DNA of 64,000 nt from Candidatus Melainabacteria bacterium 17Bon1m (GCA_032128875.1 JAVLKG010000004.1:224001-288000), one strand, 5' to 3'; counted from the stretch's first letter, positions 50,124-60,387 are shown. Notes: generated by a model from the letters alone, not told the origin. Numbers and translations are program-made.

Positions 50124-51014
50124 ATGGCCAGTGGTCGTTCGAAGAATCCGTTTGCGCATATTCTCAGATTTGTCTATTTCACACTTTCCGCTTGCAGCCT
50201 TGTCTGGATGCTTGCAAGTTATGGTGGCGTGAACTTTCTTTCCACAATGATTCTCTTGCCTGCGTTTGGTTATCTTGCGCTGCATCTCATTTCACTAATC
50301 AACGTAGTGAAAAAAGACAAATTCCTTGTCGGCAGCTCGGTTGACGTGCTCAGTCTCGGCGCGCAAAAAATGATTCACAGAATCGGACTGATCTTGCCGC
50401 TTCCGATTCTTCTTTATGTCGCCACCTTTGGACTCTGTGTCTTTACATACAATGAGGCTGATGCGACCAGCACCGCTCGTGTCAATGAATTCTCTGGGTG
50501 CGAACAGGCTATGTTTGGCAAATCAGTTATCTGGCGCTATCTAAGTGATCGAGCGATTTGCAGAATGCCCGAAGTCACAGCTGCAGCAGTTGCTTTAGAA
50601 CCTGTCCCTGCCGAACCCGCCGCAGCAGCCGAGCCTGTGGATAATGTTCGTGGTGACATCGATTATCAACCCTGGATGAATGATCTGGAAAAAAGAGTCA
50701 AGCGCTCGTGGTTTCCACCAAAATGCAGCGAAAGTGAACATGCCACAGTTGCTTTCAAAGTCTCGCGTAATGGACATGTTTCCGAACTCAAGATCATCTC
50801 TCACTCTTCAACGAAATTTTCTGATGAAGCCGCGCTTAAAGCTGTGAAAAATGCACAGCCATTCCGCCCGCTTCCTGAAGGCTCCAGTGAAAAAGTCGAT
50901 GTCGAGTTTTCTTTTAACTACAACGTTCTTCACGCGGACGACACTGTGGACACCGACGAGACTCGCGATCAGTTCACATCGTACGGTATCGAATCACAGA
51001 CTATTTCAAACTAG
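50124..51014 (+). CDS. Membrane protein with TonB/TolA C-terminal domain
   Basis: Three TM segments; LEKRVKRSW.PP...DEAALKAV..AQPF.PLP. Confidence 0.8.
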   Translation: MASGRSKNPFAHILRFVYFTLSACSLVWMLASYGGVNFLSTMILLPAFGYLALHLISLINVVKKDKFLVGSSVDVLSLGAQKMIHRIGLILPLPILLYVATFGLCVFTYNEADATSTARVNEFSGCEQAMFGKSVIWRYLSDRAICRMPEVTAAAVALEPVPAEPAAAAEPVDNVRGDIDYQPWMNDLEKRVKRSWFPPKCSESEHATVAFKVSRNGHVSELKIISHSSTKFSDEAALKAVKNAQPFRPLPEGSSEKVDVEFSFNYNVLHADDTVDTDETRDQFTSYGIESQTISN

Positions 51015-51021
51015 CTAATCA

Positions 51022-51600
51022 CTAATTCGCCGAAGAAATCTTCTTAAGGGTGGCAATCGCTTCAGTCACGTGCTTCTCGCCTTCCATTTGAGAGTTGAAT
51101 ACGTGTTTGACGATGCCATTCTTGTCGATGACGTATGTAACTCGGCCAGGAATGACACCCATGGTTGAAGGTACACCATACACTTTTCTCAACTTGCCAC
51201 CATCATCGGACAGCAATGTATAAGGCAGCTTATGATGTTCGGCAAAGCCTTTGTGCGATTCTTCCGAATCCGAGCTCACACCAATGACCTCAGCTCCAAG
51301 ATCTTTGAATACCTGAAATTGATCGCGGAATGCACATGCTTCTTTTGTGCAAACTGACGTTTCGTCCTTTGGATAAAAGAAAAGGACGACAGATTTTTTG
51401 CCTTTGAAATCGGCGAGATTGACTGTCTTCCCTTCGCCGGATTTAAGAGCAAAATCGGGAGCTGTGTCGCCCACCTTAACCGCGTGAGACTTTGTTTCTT
51501 TCACCTTGGATTCCTCTTTGGCGCCTGCTGAAGGTGCCACGTTGCTCAGCAGCAAAATTGAGGCAAACAGAGTCAGCGAAAGGCTTTTAAAACTGATCAT
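51022..51600 (-). CDS. bcp: BCP/PrxQ peroxiredoxin with signal peptide
   Basis: FFYPKDETSVCTKEAC and RVTYVID motifs. Confidence 0.92.
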   Translation of the reverse strand: MISFKSLSLTLFASILLLSNVAPSAGAKEESKVKETKSHAVKVGDTAPDFALKSGEGKTVNLADFKGKKSVVLFFYPKDETSVCTKEACAFRDQFQVFKDLGAEVIGVSSDSEESHKGFAEHHKLPYTLLSDDGGKLRKVYGVPSTMGVIPGRVTYVIDKNGIVKHVFNSQMEGEKHVTEAIATLKKISSAN

Positions 51601-51646
51601 TGAAGAAACTCCATCTAAGATGGCTAGATCATCGCAGATTTCATCA

Positions 51647-52942
51647 TTAACTGGCTACTGTTTTAAGTGTCGCTTCAAAGTCCTCAATCAATGCTTGAGC
51701 TGCCCGTCGGCCGGCGGACAAAGCACCTTGAATGGAGGCGGTGTCGCGGTGATCTCCGCATACATAGGTGCCCTTTTCAATTCTTGCCGGCTTTTCGACT
51801 TCGCCCAGAGCCGGTACTGAATAGTCCGGCAAGCCTAGCTTGATATTGTACGTGCGCAAGTGAGTCCAATTCCGTACATCCTTTCCGAACCAGGACTCCA
51901 ATTGCGAAACGACTGCTTCACGCAATCCATCGTCAGGAAGGTCGTCACGCCCAACTACGCTGACGCTGATTAAATGTTTGCCTTGAGGTGCATATGATTC
52001 ATTTACATTGCTCGGTACGCATAGATTATTTATTAGTTCTGAGCGTTCACCATTGAGCACCAGTATTGGTGTGCTGAGTGGTGCCTTTTCCGCCGCAAAA
52101 TACAAACACCGCACAGATCGCATCTGTGCCACCATTGATCTCTTCAATAATTTTGCCGACTCGGGGCCTTCTGTCGCAACGACAACGGCATCTGTTTGAA
52201 TAACAGCACCGCCCTCTAGAGTTATCGAGGTGCCATCAATTTCTTCCACTCTGCAGTTCAACTGTATTTTGGCATGTCCAACCTTTTCAGCGAGTTGATT
52301 TGAGATAGCACCCATGCCGCCGGTAGGTATGGTCGTATCGCCGGTTGAGAACATGCGAAATGTGAAGTCGAACATTTTGCATGATGTGTTGAGTGATCTG
52401 TCGAAGAAAACACCGCCGAAAAACGGACGGAAGAAGCGGTCAATAATATTGCTCGAAAAGCCGAATTGTCTAAGTCGCTCTAAAGTGCTCTGTTCTTTTC
52501 TTTCGTAGAGAGCTTTTAAAGAGCCTGCAGTGACATTTTGCCGCAGCTTGCCAATCAGCAATTTGTCTTTGAGTGTTCCAATCGGATTGAGAACAGACTT
52601 CAGGCAATCAGAAGGACGGCGCCAGGGATCTGCAACGGTGTGAAACTCTCCGTTAAAGCGCACCATCGCACCTGGTATGAACGATTTCAGTTTGAGCTTA
52701 TCGTAATCAAGCAATTCGCGCGCTTCCGGATAAGCGGTCAGGAAAACTTGAAATCCGCGGTCCAGCACAAACCCGTCGACGATATCCGAGCGAACTCTGC
52801 CTCCGACACCATCAGATGCTTCCAAGACGGTAAAATCTATGCCGGCTTTCTTCAAGTGATATGCGCACGCCAGACCTGATAGACCGGCGCCAATGATTAC
52901 CGCGTGCGCTGGTCGGTTCATTTTGGATTCCAATATGTTCAT
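51647..52942 (-). CDS. FAD-dependent oxidoreductase (amine oxidase family)
   Basis: IGAGLSGL, EASDGVGGR, DRGFQV and GD...SIQGA..GR motifs; start uncertain. Confidence 0.9.
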   Translation of the reverse strand: MNILESKMNRPAHAVIIGAGLSGLACAYHLKKAGIDFTVLEASDGVGGRVRSDIVDGFVLDRGFQVFLTAYPEARELLDYDKLKLKSFIPGAMVRFNGEFHTVADPWRRPSDCLKSVLNPIGTLKDKLLIGKLRQNVTAGSLKALYERKEQSTLERLRQFGFSSNIIDRFFRPFFGGVFFDRSLNTSCKMFDFTFRMFSTGDTTIPTGGMGAISNQLAEKVGHAKIQLNCRVEEIDGTSITLEGGAVIQTDAVVVATEGPESAKLLKRSMVAQMRSVRCLYFAAEKAPLSTPILVLNGERSELINNLCVPSNVNESYAPQGKHLISVSVVGRDDLPDDGLREAVVSQLESWFGKDVRNWTHLRTYNIKLGLPDYSVPALGEVEKPARIEKGTYVCGDHRDTASIQGALSAGRRAAQALIEDFEATLKTVAS

Positions 52943-53029
52943 GAATCTATCCGTCTCTGCCAAAGTGCCTTGATCTAAATTATTGTGACTTTTGGGCCCG
53001 GGGAGCCCCTTTTAAAATTAGACCTTTAC

Positions 53030-53048
53030 TGTGAACAGGATGTGAACA
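53030..53048. promoter_or_regulatory. 11-bp-period direct repeat (candidate OmpR/PhoB box)
   Basis: TGTGAACA at 53030 and 53041, upstream of an OmpR-family gene. Confidence 0.5.
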
Positions 53049-53132
53049 CAGTCCTAGTGGAGCCTTGCAGGGTTTTTATTCTTTTCTCTCAGTGAAATTC
53101 GCACCGTCCTCTTCCTCGCTGTAAAATAAAGT

Positions 53133-53837
53133 ATGGCCAAGATTCTTGTAGTTGAAGATGACGCTGATCTGTCTGAGGTTTTGCGCATCACACTCTCCAA
53201 CAAAGGGCATTCTGTGAAGGCTTTAAGTGGAGGCAAAGATGCGTTGCCGATGCTGCGTGTTTATAAATATGACCTGATAATCCTCGATTGGATGATGCCG
53301 GATGTCAGTGGAGTTGATGTTTTAAAAGCCTTTCGGGAGAGTGGTGGCAAAACTCCTGTTCTTATGTTGACCGCGAAGACTACCGTTGATGATAAGGAAA
53401 AAGCTCTCGATCTTGGCGCTGACGACTATTTGACAAAACCCTTTCACGCCCGTGAGCTTCTTGCTCGGGTGCGTGCGCTTTTGCGCAGACCACAGTCAAT
53501 GGCGCAAACGATTTTGCGCGCTGGTGATCTGGAGTTGGACCCTGTCAGTTGTACTGTGCTAAAGGATGGAAAGCCTCTGAAGCTGCGCCCAAAGGTCTAC
53601 AGCATGTTGGAATTCTTCATGCGTCATCCTAACCAGGTCTTTAGTCCTGAAGCAATTCTGGATCGTGTTTGGATGGATGATTCTACTGCTTCACCAGATA
53701 CGGTGCGTACGCATATCAAGCTCTTGCGGCGCTCAATTGACAGTTCGGATGGCGAATCTTTCATTGAGAATGTGCGTAATCGCGGATATCTCATGAGAAT
53801 TGAGGGCGCTGTTAGTGAAAGCCCGGACATCTCCTAG
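53133..53837 (+). CDS. OmpR-family response regulator
   Basis: LDWMMP, GADDYLTKPF and IENVRNRGY motifs. Confidence 0.95.
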   Translation: MAKILVVEDDADLSEVLRITLSNKGHSVKALSGGKDALPMLRVYKYDLIILDWMMPDVSGVDVLKAFRESGGKTPVLMLTAKTTVDDKEKALDLGADDYLTKPFHARELLARVRALLRRPQSMAQTILRAGDLELDPVSCTVLKDGKPLKLRPKVYSMLEFFMRHPNQVFSPEAILDRVWMDDSTASPDTVRTHIKLLRRSIDSSDGESFIENVRNRGYLMRIEGAVSESPDIS

Positions 53838-53855
53838 AGTTGGCGGTTTGGTTCG

Positions 53856-54989
53856 TTATCCAAAGATTTCAAACCAGAATGACGAGCCTTCGCCGACAAC
53901 GCTCGAAACACCGATGTTTCCGCCGTGTAATTCGACAATTGCTTTACAGATGGCTAGTCCTAATCCAGAGCCGCCTTTCTTTCTTGTATCGGAAGAATCT
54001 AGCTGTTGAAAGCGAACGAACAGCTTATCCATTTGCTCGCTGGGAATACCAGGACCCCTATCGCTTACTGAAAAACGAATGGTATCAGGAGCGGGAGCTT
54101 CCAAGGTGATGATAACGCGGCTGTTTGGAGGCGAAAATTTGATCGCGTTTGCCGTCAAATTGCTCAGTACTTGAATGATGCGATCTTGATCGGCAAAAAG
54201 ATCGTGATGTGTCATTATCCGTGGTTCAAGCACAATGCCTTTTGCTTCTGCCGTCGCTTGAAGTTCGTTGATTGCAGACACGATCGCCTGTGCCGGATCG
54301 AAAGTCGCCAGGCTGAGTTTGAACTTCCCGGCTTCCAGCTTTTTCCAATCCAGAATGTCGTTTATCAACCGCATTAGCCTGTTGGAATTATCTACGGCGA
54401 TTCGCACCAAGCGCATCACTTGCGCATTGACTTTTCCTGCGGTCCCGTCTTCAACAGCAGTAAGTGCACCATGAATAGATGAAAGTGGTGTGCGCAGTTC
54501 ATGAGAGATTACTGAGTAAAACTCTTGCACTCGTTTTTCGGAATCAATGCGCGCGGTTACATCGTTTTGCACGCCGACAAAGTTGATGACGCGCCCGTTT
54601 TCATCCTTCACCGGCGAGATGGTTAGTTCGTTCCAAAAAAGTGTTCCGTTTCTTTTGTAGTTTCTTAAAATGGTCGTGATAGGCATTTCTTTGCTGATTG
54701 CCTCACGTACCTCTTTGACTGCAACTTGTTCTCTGTCGTCACGTTGCAAAAACCTGCAGTTCCGCCCAATTATTTGCTCGGACGCATATCCCGTCAATTG
54801 AGAAAATGCAGGATTTGAGTAGATAATCGGATTGTCAGTGCGCAGCGGATCGGTGATTACGATTCCATTCCTAGCGCACTCCACCGCGCGAAACAACAGC
54901 GGCAAATGATCTTTACGTCCAGGCAAAAAGTCGGTGTGACTGTTTTCGTTGAACGTTTTTGCTTTCAATTCACCGTTTTCTTCCGGCAC
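53856..54989 (-). CDS. Soluble LOV-domain histidine kinase
   Basis: DNPIIY.N.AF..LTGY, GRNCRFLQ, NYKRNG, FWN and GVQ; SHELRTPL, NAIKF and GSGLGL. Confidence 0.93.
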   Translation of the reverse strand: MPEENGELKAKTFNENSHTDFLPGRKDHLPLLFRAVECARNGIVITDPLRTDNPIIYSNPAFSQLTGYASEQIIGRNCRFLQRDDREQVAVKEVREAISKEMPITTILRNYKRNGTLFWNELTISPVKDENGRVINFVGVQNDVTARIDSEKRVQEFYSVISHELRTPLSSIHGALTAVEDGTAGKVNAQVMRLVRIAVDNSNRLMRLINDILDWKKLEAGKFKLSLATFDPAQAIVSAINELQATAEAKGIVLEPRIMTHHDLFADQDRIIQVLSNLTANAIKFSPPNSRVIITLEAPAPDTIRFSVSDRGPGIPSEQMDKLFVRFQQLDSSDTRKKGGSGLGLAICKAIVELHGGNIGVSSVVGEGSSFWFEIFG

Positions 54990-55081
54990 GTGAAGTAATC
55001 CTATTTGTCTTTCTTCTGTTCTCGATCTTTTCTATGTTCTCTATCTTTTCTATCTTTTGTTCACTCTTTGCGTACTTTGGT

Positions 55082-55978
55082 CTAATTTAGCTCGTGTTTT
55101 AAAGCTGATTCCAGATCGGGGTAAGTGAACTTAAAGCCCGAAGTTACCAGCTTGTTTGCACTTACACGGTTGCTGGAAAGAAGCAGTTCTTCGCCCATTT
55201 CGCCAAAGAGCACTTTGACACCAATTGTTGGCACAGGGAAAAATGCCGGGCGATGAATGACCTTTGCGAGCGTCTTCGTGAAGTTTGCATTTGTCTCCGG
55301 ATTTGGTGCTACCAAATTCACCGCACCGCTGGTTTTTCCTACCGTCGCCAGGTATATGAATGCTTTTGCCGCGTCATCTAGATCGATCCAACTCATATAT
55401 TGCTTTCCATCTCCGAGCGGCCCGCCGGCTCCCATAAGAAACGGTGGCAACATCATTTTGAGCGCGCCGCCTTCTTTGCTTAGTACCACTCCCAGTCTAG
55501 CGTGCACTACTCGAAGTCCCTTGGACTCAGCATCGCGCGTGGCATCTTCCCACTCGCGGCAGACTGAGGCCAGAAATCCTTCACCGGTTTTGCTCTCTTC
55601 AGTGAGCATCTCTGCGCCGCGATCACCATAAAACCCGATCGCTGATGCACTGACGAGAACGCATGGTGGATTGTCCATTGCAGCAAGGGTGCTGGCGATT
55701 AGTTTGGTGCCTTTGACTCGACTTTGCTTGATCTTCATTTTCTGTTCTGAAGACCAACGCTTGGACGCAATGCTTTCACCCGCGAGGTGAATAACTGCAT
55801 CTACGCCTTCAAAAGCTTTTGCATCAATTTTCTCGGTGTCTGGATTCCACGAGAATTCATTCTCTGCGTTGCTAACCTTGCGGACGAGCTTGACTACTTG
55901 ATGCCCAGCTGCTTTCAACTCGGCTGTAATTTTTTTGCCTACGAGTCCCGTAGACCCTGTAACTGCGATTTTCATCAC
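55082..55978 (-). CDS. TIGR01777-family NAD-dependent epimerase
   Basis: TGSTGLVG, HLAGE, SASAIGFYG, C.EWE and G.QYMSWI motifs. Confidence 0.93.
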   Translation of the reverse strand: MMKIAVTGSTGLVGKKITAELKAAGHQVVKLVRKVSNAENEFSWNPDTEKIDAKAFEGVDAVIHLAGESIASKRWSSEQKMKIKQSRVKGTKLIASTLAAMDNPPCVLVSASAIGFYGDRGAEMLTEESKTGEGFLASVCREWEDATRDAESKGLRVVHARLGVVLSKEGGALKMMLPPFLMGAGGPLGDGKQYMSWIDLDDAAKAFIYLATVGKTSGAVNLVAPNPETNANFTKTLAKVIHRPAFFPVPTIGVKVLFGEMGEELLLSSNRVSANKLVTSGFKFTYPDLESALKHELN

Positions 55979-56060
55979 GCACCTCCGAACTCTAGATGCC
56001 GGTAGTTGGCCATCCTAATATGTTAGTACATCTAGTTAATGAACAATGCGTGAACCGGCT

Positions 56061-57872
56061 TCACACGGCAGCGGTTTCCCGGAATTGAGTTTTGTACAAG
56101 CGGTTATAGAGCCCATCTTTTTGGATCAATTCTTCATGAGTGCCCATTTCGGCAATGCGACCATCGTCTACGACCAAAATTAAATCCGCCTGAATGATGG
56201 TCGACAACCTGTGAGCGATAACCAAGCTCGTGCGCCCCTTTATGAGCGGAGTAAGCGCTTCTTGTATCAATGCCTCATTCTCTGAGTCCAGTGATGACGT
56301 TGCCTCGTCCAGAATCAATATATGAGGATTCTTGAGCAGCACGCGCGCGATGGCCAAGCGTTGGCGTTCGCCTCCACTTAGTTTGTGACCGCGTTCACCA
56401 ACTGTAGTGTCATATCCGTTTTGCAATTTTTCGATGAAACCGTGAATGTTCGCAGCCTTGCAAGCTGCTATCACTTCTTCTTTTGTCGCAGTTGGTCGAG
56501 CATATACAAGGTTGTTGAATATCGTGTCATGGAACAGGTAGGTCTCCTGTGTGACGATGCCGATATTTTCTCGCAGCGAAGAAAGTCTCACATTTCGCAC
56601 GTCTTGTCCGTCTATTGTGATAGTGCCTTCTTGCTGTATATAGAAGCGAGGAAGGAGCATGCTGAGGGTTGTTTTTCCTGCGCCGGACGGACCAACAAGC
56701 GCAACCATCTGTCCTGGTTTCGCCAGGAAAGAAACATCTAGAATTGCCTGTCTGCCATTTGGATAGGTAAAGCTCACATGGTCAAAACGAATCTCGCCGG
56801 CGTCGGCTCTAAGCCTCGGTAAATTTGAATTGTCTTTTTCTTCTTCCATGTCGAGATAGTCGAAGATGCGCTCGAAAACAGCAAGTGCGCTCATCACTTG
56901 AATCTGCACCCCTGCAAGTGATGCGACGGGAGTGTACAACCGACTCAGTAGTGAGACGAAAGTTACTACCAATCCCACCGTGATACCAGAATGAATGCAC
57001 AACCACCCGCCATACAGCCAGATGCAGGCTGGACCCAATATCACCATTGCACTAATCAGTGCCATAAACCAGCGACCGACCATCGCTAGTTTGATTTCCG
57101 ACTTCATCAAGTCAGTACCGAGACGATGATACCGATCATGTTCGAATATTTCGCGGTTAAATGATTTGAGCAAAACAATTCCAGAAACCGAAAGAGTCTC
57201 TTGCCCGATTGCCTGCATTTCATCGCGTTTTTCGCGTGTCGCTTTTCGAATTTCATACATGCGACGACCAACCGGCCAGAGCGGAGCGACCATAAATGGA
57301 AGCACTACCAGTGACATCAAAGACAGTCGCCAATCAAGTAAGAAAATCGTGACGAGGGTTGTGATGATCACTGAGATGTTGATCAGAATCATCACCAATG
57401 TCCCGGACACCAAGCCGTCAATGCTGTCGACATCATTGGTAACACGGTTGATGACTTCACCCGTTTTCGTGCTCGTGAAAAAATCAAGCGGCATTTTGTG
57501 CATGTGCGTCATTAGTTGAATTCGCAAGTCGCGCATGATGCTTTCGCCGACAAAAGAATTCATATAGCCCTGTAGCGCACTGATTCCAGCAGAGACAAGT
57601 GCTGCAACTGCCATGGCTCCAACGATTAAGACCACTGATTGGAAGTTGCCGGAAGGAATGGCTTTATCGATGAGGTTCATTGTCAGGACAGGCGGCAATA
57701 GTCCAAGCAACGCAACTAGAGTTATGCAGCCGATAACTATCGCTTCTTGTTTCCAATACGGCAGGAAGAGACGCCCGAGGCGCTTCCAGTCGACCGCCTT
57801 TTGAACCTTTGGACGTTTTGGGTCGAACATGTTCGACCACATCAGATGTACAGGAGGAACGCCGCTAAACAT
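56061..57872 (-). CDS. ABC exporter, fused permease/ATPase
   Basis: TM domain plus GPSGAGKT, LSGGERQR and LDEATS; start uncertain (57872 or 57830). Confidence 0.95.
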   Translation of the reverse strand: MFSGVPPVHLMWSNMFDPKRPKVQKAVDWKRLGRLFLPYWKQEAIVIGCITLVALLGLLPPVLTMNLIDKAIPSGNFQSVVLIVGAMAVAALVSAGISALQGYMNSFVGESIMRDLRIQLMTHMHKMPLDFFTSTKTGEVINRVTNDVDSIDGLVSGTLVMILINISVIITTLVTIFLLDWRLSLMSLVVLPFMVAPLWPVGRRMYEIRKATREKRDEMQAIGQETLSVSGIVLLKSFNREIFEHDRYHRLGTDLMKSEIKLAMVGRWFMALISAMVILGPACIWLYGGWLCIHSGITVGLVVTFVSLLSRLYTPVASLAGVQIQVMSALAVFERIFDYLDMEEEKDNSNLPRLRADAGEIRFDHVSFTYPNGRQAILDVSFLAKPGQMVALVGPSGAGKTTLSMLLPRFYIQQEGTITIDGQDVRNVRLSSLRENIGIVTQETYLFHDTIFNNLVYARPTATKEEVIAACKAANIHGFIEKLQNGYDTTVGERGHKLSGGERQRLAIARVLLKNPHILILDEATSSLDSENEALIQEALTPLIKGRTSLVIAHRLSTIIQADLILVVDDGRIAEMGTHEELIQKDGLYNRLYKTQFRETAAV

Positions 57873-58071
57873 CGAAAAACCCGGGCAACAGCTATAAGCA
57901 AGGAACAACCACTCATTATTATCCGTTTTTACTCAGATTTGCCGCTTTTTGCCGTCGCGACAGGTGTTATCAGATTCAAAACATTAAGTTGTCAAGCGCA
58001 GTGGTATGAATTAAGGTAATATATCTGGAAATATCCTCAAACCTGGAGTCTGCGTGCCTCTCCGGTCGGAA

Positions 58072-59058
58072 ATGAAGAAATCGGTGACTGCGCTGCGCAT
58101 TATCTGCGTAACGCTCTTGTTTTGTGTGGGATCTGTCGTTGCTATTCCCCGAGCTATTGCAGGGGCGCTGGAGGACGGTGTCGAGCAGTATTACTACAAG
58201 CGATTCCATACCGCAGCCATGTTCTTCGAAGAGGCTTGCGCGAAAGATCCGATGAATTGGAAGCCTCACTTCTACTTAGCCCGTACGCTTGAGCAGTTGC
58301 GGGAGTATGAGGCTGCAAAGGCTGAATTCGAGTATTGCTTTCGCCTCAATCCCTTCAGCAAGGAAGGTCGCCTGGCAAAGCAGGCTGTGTTGGACCTCGC
58401 CACGGATAGAGAGCGCCGCAAAGTCGTTGCCGATGACCCAATGATTGTCCAGCAGGCGCTGCGCCTGTTAAATGCGCAATCGGCTGACGCCAAAAGTCGG
58501 ATTCGCTCAGCTTCGGAACGGACTGCGACCGAACGCATGAGGCTTGCCGCCGAAAGATTGAATATGCGGGTTGAAACCAACCCCAATCGCTACAGGCGTT
58601 GGTATTACCGACCCGATGAGGAGGTCAGCGGTCGAAGCTATATCCAGAACAGTTGGCATCGCAATGATGCCATGCGAGAAGCCGCACTGGCGCGCATGGA
58701 AGGGGTACGTAGGGCGGCGGAAATTCAAAAGTCGGCAAACAATCTGAAGTTGCTGATTGCTGATCCCAGCCACAAGCCCGGCAATGCCAAATTGCGAGCA
58801 CTGGGGACGAACCTGTATGTGCGCTTTTATGGCTCTCCGGAGCGGGACGATGTGCCCGGCGAGGATAAGCCGCTGGAACTTCGAGCAAGGGCGGGGCTGT
58901 TGTCGGACCTGAATTTGAAGTCTGCCAATCCGATAAGAGAGGCGCTCAATGGCATGGGATTTGCCACTCCGAGCAAAGCCAATTTCAAACCGGCACCTCC
59001 TGCGAAGCCAGTCGTACGTCGTGACCCCCGTGCTTACCATCATTTTGGCGATTGGTAA
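58072..59058 (+). CDS. Exported TPR-containing hypothetical protein
   Basis: Signal peptide and two to three TPR-like motifs. Confidence 0.75.
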   Translation: MKKSVTALRIICVTLLFCVGSVVAIPRAIAGALEDGVEQYYYKRFHTAAMFFEEACAKDPMNWKPHFYLARTLEQLREYEAAKAEFEYCFRLNPFSKEGRLAKQAVLDLATDRERRKVVADDPMIVQQALRLLNAQSADAKSRIRSASERTATERMRLAAERLNMRVETNPNRYRRWYYRPDEEVSGRSYIQNSWHRNDAMREAALARMEGVRRAAEIQKSANNLKLLIADPSHKPGNAKLRALGTNLYVRFYGSPERDDVPGEDKPLELRARAGLLSDLNLKSANPIREALNGMGFATPSKANFKPAPPAKPVVRRDPRAYHHFGDW

Positions 59059-59136
59059 CTTGCGCCTGGAGGTGCAAAATAACTTACCAACATGATTCAA
59101 TTCACTAAAGAAAGCTGCGCCTATGGAGAACGGACA

Positions 59137-60387
59137 ATGAAAAGAATGCCGGCTGTCGCTTTGTCGATGATTATTGCGCCGCCTTTGGCGATGGCGCTGT
59201 CATTGGCGGCAATGAGCTCTAGTAATGAGATTCATGCGACGTGTCGAACTCAATCAGCGAATGCAACATCCCAGAGCTGCTGCTCGAAGGCATCTGCGGT
59301 CGGTGCCGCTCTTGATGACGATACTTATCGCAAACTGCAACCGGGTCGGCTCGAAACAGCACGGGAAATCAAGGATGCTGCAGATGCTTTTATTTTGAAA
59401 GGGCGTGATCTGAGCACCAGAATGAACGCTCAGATTGCAGAAGCTGAAAAACTTCAGAAAGAAGCGCACAAGCTTCAAAGCGAAGCAGCGAAGCTGAAAG
59501 CAGAACATCTCGTTTTGATTGCTCAACAGTCGGCTAGTGATAATAAACCATCAGCAGAAATAAAAACCACAAGCGATTTGCCTGCACCTGCTGCGTCAAG
59601 TGAAAAATCTGCTGGTACCGCGGGTGATGCGTCTACAGCGCCGCCGAGTGCAACACCGACCAACGCAACTGTTACCCCTGCCGAAGCACAATTAGGCGAC
59701 GTAAAGCCCGGAGATGCGAAGGCAGGAGATGCAAAGCCAGTCGATGCAAAAATCGGCGATAAAGACGAAAAGCTGACTGGACGCGCATCGACGTTGCAAA
59801 CCAATACGATGCCGAATATTCCATTGATCAGATTGAAAGGTCCTCAATTGCAGCAAGCAATGCGTCAATACAATGTTGATGTTGAGCAATTCAAAATTCA
59901 CGCCGCGGATTACAACAAGCACTACAATTTGTTCAAGTCTCAAATTGGGGAGTGTCACGCAGCAAGAGCAGCTTTTGACGAGCTGCACAAGAAGTACGAG
60001 ATGCACTGCACTGCGTATCATCTCAACAACATCCCACCACCCAGATTGTGCCCACCAATGGCTGGAAGTGTCGCAGAGGCGAACAGTATCGCTGGACAAC
60101 TGAGAAGTGATCAAATGCGCGCGTTACGAGCAGAAGGTCAGCTTCGTCAAGAAGAGGGCAGATTGCGAGAGTTGGAGAATATGCAAGGCACCGCTGACGC
60201 ACTTGTTGTGAAATCGGGAGAGCGCGATCGCCGCGAACGTGAAATCGCGGGTATGTTTGGTCGCTTAAGGCAAGAGTACGATCTGCTCGAAATCGAGCGC
60301 AAGACAATCGAACACAGCAAAAGCGGCAAGCCGGCTGCTCCGATTGCCCGTCCTTCAGTGAAAGGGCAGATCAAGAAAGGCAAGTAG
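59137..60387 (+). CDS. Exported coiled-coil hypothetical protein
   Basis: GGAG RBS, signal peptide, heptad-rich helices and GDAK 5-aa repeats. Confidence 0.75.
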   Translation: MKRMPAVALSMIIAPPLAMALSLAAMSSSNEIHATCRTQSANATSQSCCSKASAVGAALDDDTYRKLQPGRLETAREIKDAADAFILKGRDLSTRMNAQIAEAEKLQKEAHKLQSEAAKLKAEHLVLIAQQSASDNKPSAEIKTTSDLPAPAASSEKSAGTAGDASTAPPSATPTNATVTPAEAQLGDVKPGDAKAGDAKPVDAKIGDKDEKLTGRASTLQTNTMPNIPLIRLKGPQLQQAMRQYNVDVEQFKIHAADYNKHYNLFKSQIGECHAARAAFDELHKKYEMHCTAYHLNNIPPPRLCPPMAGSVAEANSIAGQLRSDQMRALRAEGQLRQEEGRLRELENMQGTADALVVKSGERDRREREIAGMFGRLRQEYDLLEIERKTIEHSKSGKPAAPIARPSVKGQIKKGK

